Source: Porphyridium purpureum
Taxonomy: Eukaryota
DNA: 64,000 nt
Direction of reading: 5' to 3'
Assembly (NCBI GenBank): GCA_008690995.1
Contig: VRMN01000001.1
Coordinates: 2,542,001 to 2,606,000 of the forward strand
Positions 60,013-64,000 of the stretch are shown one piece after another (position 1 is the stretch's first letter; every line of letters starts with the position of its first letter). Below the pieces are notes generated by a model that was not told the DNA's origin, searched no databases, and saw only the letters and a list, made by a program, of their open reading frames with translations. The position numbers and the translations under genes were made by a program.

Positions 60013-63000
60013 ATGGATCCACCCGTAAATAGTAGCATGGACGTAGATGACTCGGCTGAACTGCCGCCGGCAGCAGAGACTCAGCTGGAGGGCTCGAATC
60101 CAGTCGCATCCGAGCAACTCACTCGAGCCGCAAGTCGAGTCGAACGCCAGGTACGCTCTGCGAGTGGGAATGAAGAAAGTGTGCTGGAGCGCGCCGGCTT
60201 AGGGCAAGATCACGTTCAAGATCAAGATCAGGACCAGGACCATGACGAGGAGATGATAGCAGACAAGGACGGCGACACAGCACCTGATACATTGACGCAC
60301 GTGTCGGATGTGCCTGAATCTTTCGCATTTGCCTTCAACATCGAGCGGTTTTTCCAATTGTCTGCAGATCGCCTGCACTCACTGTACCAGGAGTTTGCAG
60401 GATATCGGTGGCGACTGTTAATTTTTCCTCACGGAAATGGGGCCCCTGGGTATGTCAGTGTTTATCTAGACTGTGGTGGGCCCGTTCCTGCTGCCTCGTC
60501 GCCTTCGCAGCCCGGTTCTGGAGACGCGTCTCCATTTCGTGCGAGCCTCGTGGACCCAGAGTATTCCTGGAGCCGGCCAGCAAGCTTTAAGCTGATGGTA
60601 GTGGCTGCAGGATCGTCAGATCTGCAGGATGATGAGAGCATGATGGACGAAGAGGATGCAAGGCTGTACACAGGTCGGCGCTCTGGACACTGCACTATCA
60701 AGGAGGCACCACACCGCTTCACGGAACGCGAGGCCGACTGGGGCTTTCGGGAATTCATCCGACTCGACTCTTTGCAGGACCCTCGGGAAGGTTTCATGCA
60801 TGGGGACGGCAGTGTCACGCTGCGGGCCTCGGTGACGCTGATTGATGAAAGCGCCCTTGATACGCCGTTTCAAGTCATCCACAGAGATTACCGCCAGGAG
60901 ACCGGCTTTGTGGGGCTTAAAAATCAAGGCGCGACTTGCTACATGAACTCGCTGCTGCAGACGTTGTACTTTATTGGGACTTTCAGGAAAGCGGTGTACC
61001 AGATGCCTATCCCACCCCTGGGGGGGTCTACAAGCACAGAACAGCTTGACGAGCAATCCATGCCGTACACAGAGGAAATGAGTTTTCCACTGCAAAAGGT
61101 GTTTTACGAGCTTCAATACTCGCCTACAGTGGTTAAGACGAAGCGGCTCACAGCGAGCTTTGGCTGGGACAACTCGGATGCATTCACACAGCACGACGTG
61201 CAGGAACTGAACCGGATTCTGTGTGATCATTTGGAAGAAAAGATGAAGATGCAGCGACCAGACGACCCGAGCAACACAATTGCGAGCTTGTTTGAAGGCA
61301 AGCTGATCAATTATATTGAGTGCGTGAACGTACCGTACAAGAGCGCGCGGGAGGAATCGTTTTACGATCTGTCGCTCAATGTGAAGGGATGTCGTAACAT
61401 TTACGAGTCGTTCGAAAAGTACACAGAGGTGGAGATGATGGACGGAGACAACAAGTATCGCGCGGATGGTTATGCGGAGCTCCAGAAGGCCAGAAAAGGC
61501 GTGACGTTCAAGCGTCTTCCGCCGGTGCTTCAGCTTCACCTCAAGCGCTTTGAGTATGACTTCATGCGTGACATGATGGTCAAGATCAACGACCGCTTTG
61601 AATTCAGCAAGCAGATTGATCTGTCACGTTTTGTGCATGAGTCAGATGGTTCGGACGTGTATGTGCTGCACTCGGTGCTTGTACACGTCGGTGACGTGCA
61701 TGGGGGGCACTACTATGTATTCATCCGCCCAGAATTGGCCAAGGATCCGGAGAGTACTGTGTGGTACAAGTTTGATGACGAGATTGTGTCACGCGAGAAG
61801 GAGCAAAGCGCCGTCGAGAAGAATTTTGGCAGCGGTGGCGAAAAGGAAAAGAAGATTGCGGTTGTGGGCGGTGACCCGAACATGAACGCCGACAATACGT
61901 TACACACGAACAGTCCCACAGCCGGAAACGATCAGACGCTGAACGGAGGACAGACACCACCATCTCTATATACTGCGCAGCAGCCGCGTGTGCGTGCAGT
62001 TCAAGCTGGACGATTCAGCAACGCATACATGCTGCAGTATGTGCGAAAGGATCGATTGGGGGACATTCTTGCGGAGGTTGAGGACAGGGAGATCCCACCG
62101 CAGCTGTCGGAAAGAATCAAACGCGAGATAGAGGAAGAAGAGCGGCGGAAGAAGGAGCGTGCAGAGCAGCATCTGTACGTCACTGTGGAAGTAGCATTTG
62201 AGGAGGATCTGTTCGCGAATACGGAACCAGATTTGGTCAATTGGTCCAAAGTTCCGCGTTTGCGAGTCAACCGCGTGTGTACTTTGCGGGACCTGAAGGC
62301 GCGCATCTTTGAGTTCTACGTTAACAACGTGCTCGGTGGTGGCCTTGCCGTTGCTCAGCAACAGCTACCGCGAACACGTGCAGAAGCGACTGACTTGGCC
62401 AGCGACACGAACGATTCGGATAATGTTCAAGTTCAGCGCGCTATCGAACTCGAGGAAGGACGCAGAGCCGCAATGCTTCAACAGCTGCAGCAACACTATC
62501 TGAGCAATTTCAACCCAGCGCTGGTTCGTTTGTGGAAGGGCGTAGAAAGACAAAATCATACGCACAGGCCAGAGACCTTGCTTGCCGATGGGGACGACGC
62601 GGTTACGATCGCCGAGTTCATGTCATCGAAAGTGAATCACAACACGAACTCGTTCGGCACATACAATACGAACGTCAATAGCGAGTGTATGAAAATTTTC
62701 GCGCAGATTTTCCTTAATGACGGAGATAATCGCCGCCACCAGGAGCTGATTGGTCGTCATGTCCAAAACGGCACGCTTGCCATGGAGGATGTACCGGTGC
62801 AAGAGCGCATTCGTAAAAATCCGCGGACGTTGCTCAAGAATGAAGTTCTGATCTTTCTGAAGTACTTCGTGCCATCAGGCGTTGCGCCGGTACGTTTAGC
62901 TGAGGGTGTCCGTCTGGTACGCACCCCACCAAAGCTCACTTACGTGGGGTGTATCGTGGTTGACAGGACGGAGCGAATCAGTAGCATTCGGCAAGAGTTG

Positions 63001-64000
63001 GATATTCGTTCTGGCCTCACGTCTGAACAGAAGATTTTGCTTTACGAAGAAGTCAAGCAGGATATGGTCGAGCCGGTGGGCTTTGACAAGACCTTTGAGC
63101 AAGCTGAACTTTCCGAGGGCGGCGACATTTTGATATTCCAGATCGATCCCGGGCATCTGACCAGTAGGAGCCGCAAGAAGAGCTCTAGATTGAATGGAAT
63201 CGAGACCAAGGCGCTAGCCCCGGGGCACGGGGATATGTACAATGCGGAACTGTGCGATGAGCAGCTGCATGACGGCGGGCTCGAAATGGCAGAGATGGAT
63301 TTGGAAAGTGGAGCGAAAACTGATGCCCCTGTTTCGGCTTCTGACGCCGTTACCGCGAGTCCGTTCGTTGACTCTTCCGGGGCGGAAGTGGAGATGTCGG
63401 GGCTTCCACTCGGTGGCAAACCCTTGTTATATGCACCAGAGTACATCAGGTATCTAATCGAACGAGTCATCGTCGAGTTTCGTCCCGTCGTTCGGGATGC
63501 CAGTGCAGGGATTTCTTCGAGAAGCATAGCAGGTGGCGGACCAGATCAAGCGCTTCCGATGCCTGCGAGCACGACGTTTGAACTCGAGTTGCTCCGTAGC
63601 GACTCGTACGAGGAAGTACGAGAACGCGTGGGGCGCGTTATCGGTACAAGTCCAAATTACTTGAGATTATACGGGCCGGACGAGCTTACCAGCGCTACTT
63701 GGAGCGCCGAGCCGGTCAAGTATTCGTCCAGGTACGCTCTCGAGCATTTGCTTCAACCGGGGCCCTACTCAATGCACACAGCAATGCCGTTGTCGAACAC
63801 CACGCGCATCATGAATAGCGGTTCGGATGGCGGGCGGAAAGCGAACGTTCTGTGGTATGAGCGCATCGAGTACCCGATTCAAGAATTCGAGAACATGGAA
63901 GAAGTTCGAATTGTGTGGCGTCCAGATGGTGGTGCACCAGGTAATCGTGAGTGGCTGGACCGTTATGCGGATAAAGACGCCGACGCACTGAGAGCTGCGA
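60013..64000 (+). CDS. USP7: Ubiquitin-specific protease USP7/UBP15/UBP12-13 family (3' end runs off the window)
   Basis: Not in the ORF track. MATH domain (YRWRLLIFPHGN..DWGFREFI), Cys box GLKNQGATCYMNSLLQ, QHDVQE, LHLKRF and His box VHVGDVHGGHYY..WYKFDD. Confidence 0.95.
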   Translation, partial: MDPPVNSSMDVDDSAELPPAAETQLEGSNPVASEQLTRAASRVERQVRSASGNEESVLERAGLGQDHVQDQDQDQDHDEEMIADKDGDTAPDTLTHVSDVPESFAFAFNIERFFQLSADRLHSLYQEFAGYRWRLLIFPHGNGAPGYVSVYLDCGGPVPAASSPSQPGSGDASPFRASLVDPEYSWSRPASFKLMVVAAGSSDLQDDESMMDEEDARLYTGRRSGHCTIKEAPHRFTEREADWGFREFIRLDSLQDPREGFMHGDGSVTLRASVTLIDESALDTPFQVIHRDYRQETGFVGLKNQGATCYMNSLLQTLYFIGTFRKAVYQMPIPPLGGSTSTEQLDEQSMPYTEEMSFPLQKVFYELQYSPTVVKTKRLTASFGWDNSDAFTQHDVQELNRILCDHLEEKMKMQRPDDPSNTIASLFEGKLINYIECVNVPYKSAREESFYDLSLNVKGCRNIYESFEKYTEVEMMDGDNKYRADGYAELQKARKGVTFKRLPPVLQLHLKRFEYDFMRDMMVKINDRFEFSKQIDLSRFVHESDGSDVYVLHSVLVHVGDVHGGHYYVFIRPELAKDPESTVWYKFDDEIVSREKEQSAVEKNFGSGGEKEKKIAVVGGDPNMNADNTLHTNSPTAGNDQTLNGGQTPPSLYTAQQPRVRAVQAGRFSNAYMLQYVRKDRLGDILAEVEDREIPPQLSERIKREIEEEERRKKERAEQHLYVTVEVAFEEDLFANTEPDLVNWSKVPRLRVNRVCTLRDLKARIFEFYVNNVLGGGLAVAQQQLPRTRAEATDLASDTNDSDNVQVQRAIELEEGRRAAMLQQLQQHYLSNFNPALVRLWKGVERQNHTHRPETLLADGDDAVTIAEFMSSKVNHNTNSFGTYNTNVNSECMKIFAQIFLNDGDNRRHQELIGRHVQNGTLAMEDVPVQERIRKNPRTLLKNEVLIFLKYFVPSGVAPVRLAEGVRLVRTPPKLTYVGCIVVDRTERISSIRQELDIRSGLTSEQKILLYEEVKQDMVEPVGFDKTFEQAELSEGGDILIFQIDPGHLTSRSRKKSSRLNGIETKALAPGHGDMYNAELCDEQLHDGGLEMAEMDLESGAKTDAPVSASDAVTASPFVDSSGAEVEMSGLPLGGKPLLYAPEYIRYLIERVIVEFRPVVRDASAGISSRSIAGGGPDQALPMPASTTFELELLRSDSYEEVRERVGRVIGTSPNYLRLYGPDELTSATWSAEPVKYSSRYALEHLLQPGPYSMHTAMPLSNTTRIMNSGSDGGRKANVLWYERIEYPIQEFENMEEVRIVWRPDGGAPGNREWLDRYADKDADALRAA

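Noticed and set aside
60151..60368. Apparent GTACGC...CTGCAG intron in USP7
   Set aside because: The frame is open through it, and it encodes the first strand of the MATH domain.
60616..61539. 307-aa minus-strand ORF
   Set aside because: Antisense shadow of the USP7 catalytic domain.

Overview
Gene-dense, intron-poor eukaryotic DNA of roughly 55% GC. The gene set (plastid-targeted ClpS and DUF2301, a plant-type kinase-PP2C fusion, PDI-C, a hemerythrin-like family) and the compact layout suggest a unicellular red alga such as Porphyridium; this is inference. The window has about 28 protein-coding genes, including two truncated edge genes missing from the ORF track (LCB1 and USP7/UBP12) and two intron-containing genes the track splits incorrectly (PFK and an LEA-like gene). 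There is one young, intact Ty3/gypsy LTR retrotransposon (13036-18492, minus strand) with 293-bp LTRs differing at one base, a GAAGA target-site duplication (TSD), PBS, PPT and an A_AAA_AAC gag-pol slippery site. It is inserted into what looks like an older, related LTR in the opposite orientation. Main leads: (1) a recurring GTACAGT/ACTGTAC motif upstream of many genes, often as pairs; (2) two bacterial-looking enzymes with eukaryotic features, a membrane-anchored Cj0069-type ATP-grasp protein and a PPi-type PFK carrying an intron; (3) co-oriented genes with spacers of only 8-65 bp, possibly polycistronic; (4) a tandem pair of small proteins sharing an LxxIxE motif; (5) a GOLD-like domain nested inside a DUF726 hydrolase; (6) an Argonaute with an intact DEDH tetrad. 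I saw no rRNA, tRNA or CRISPR array.
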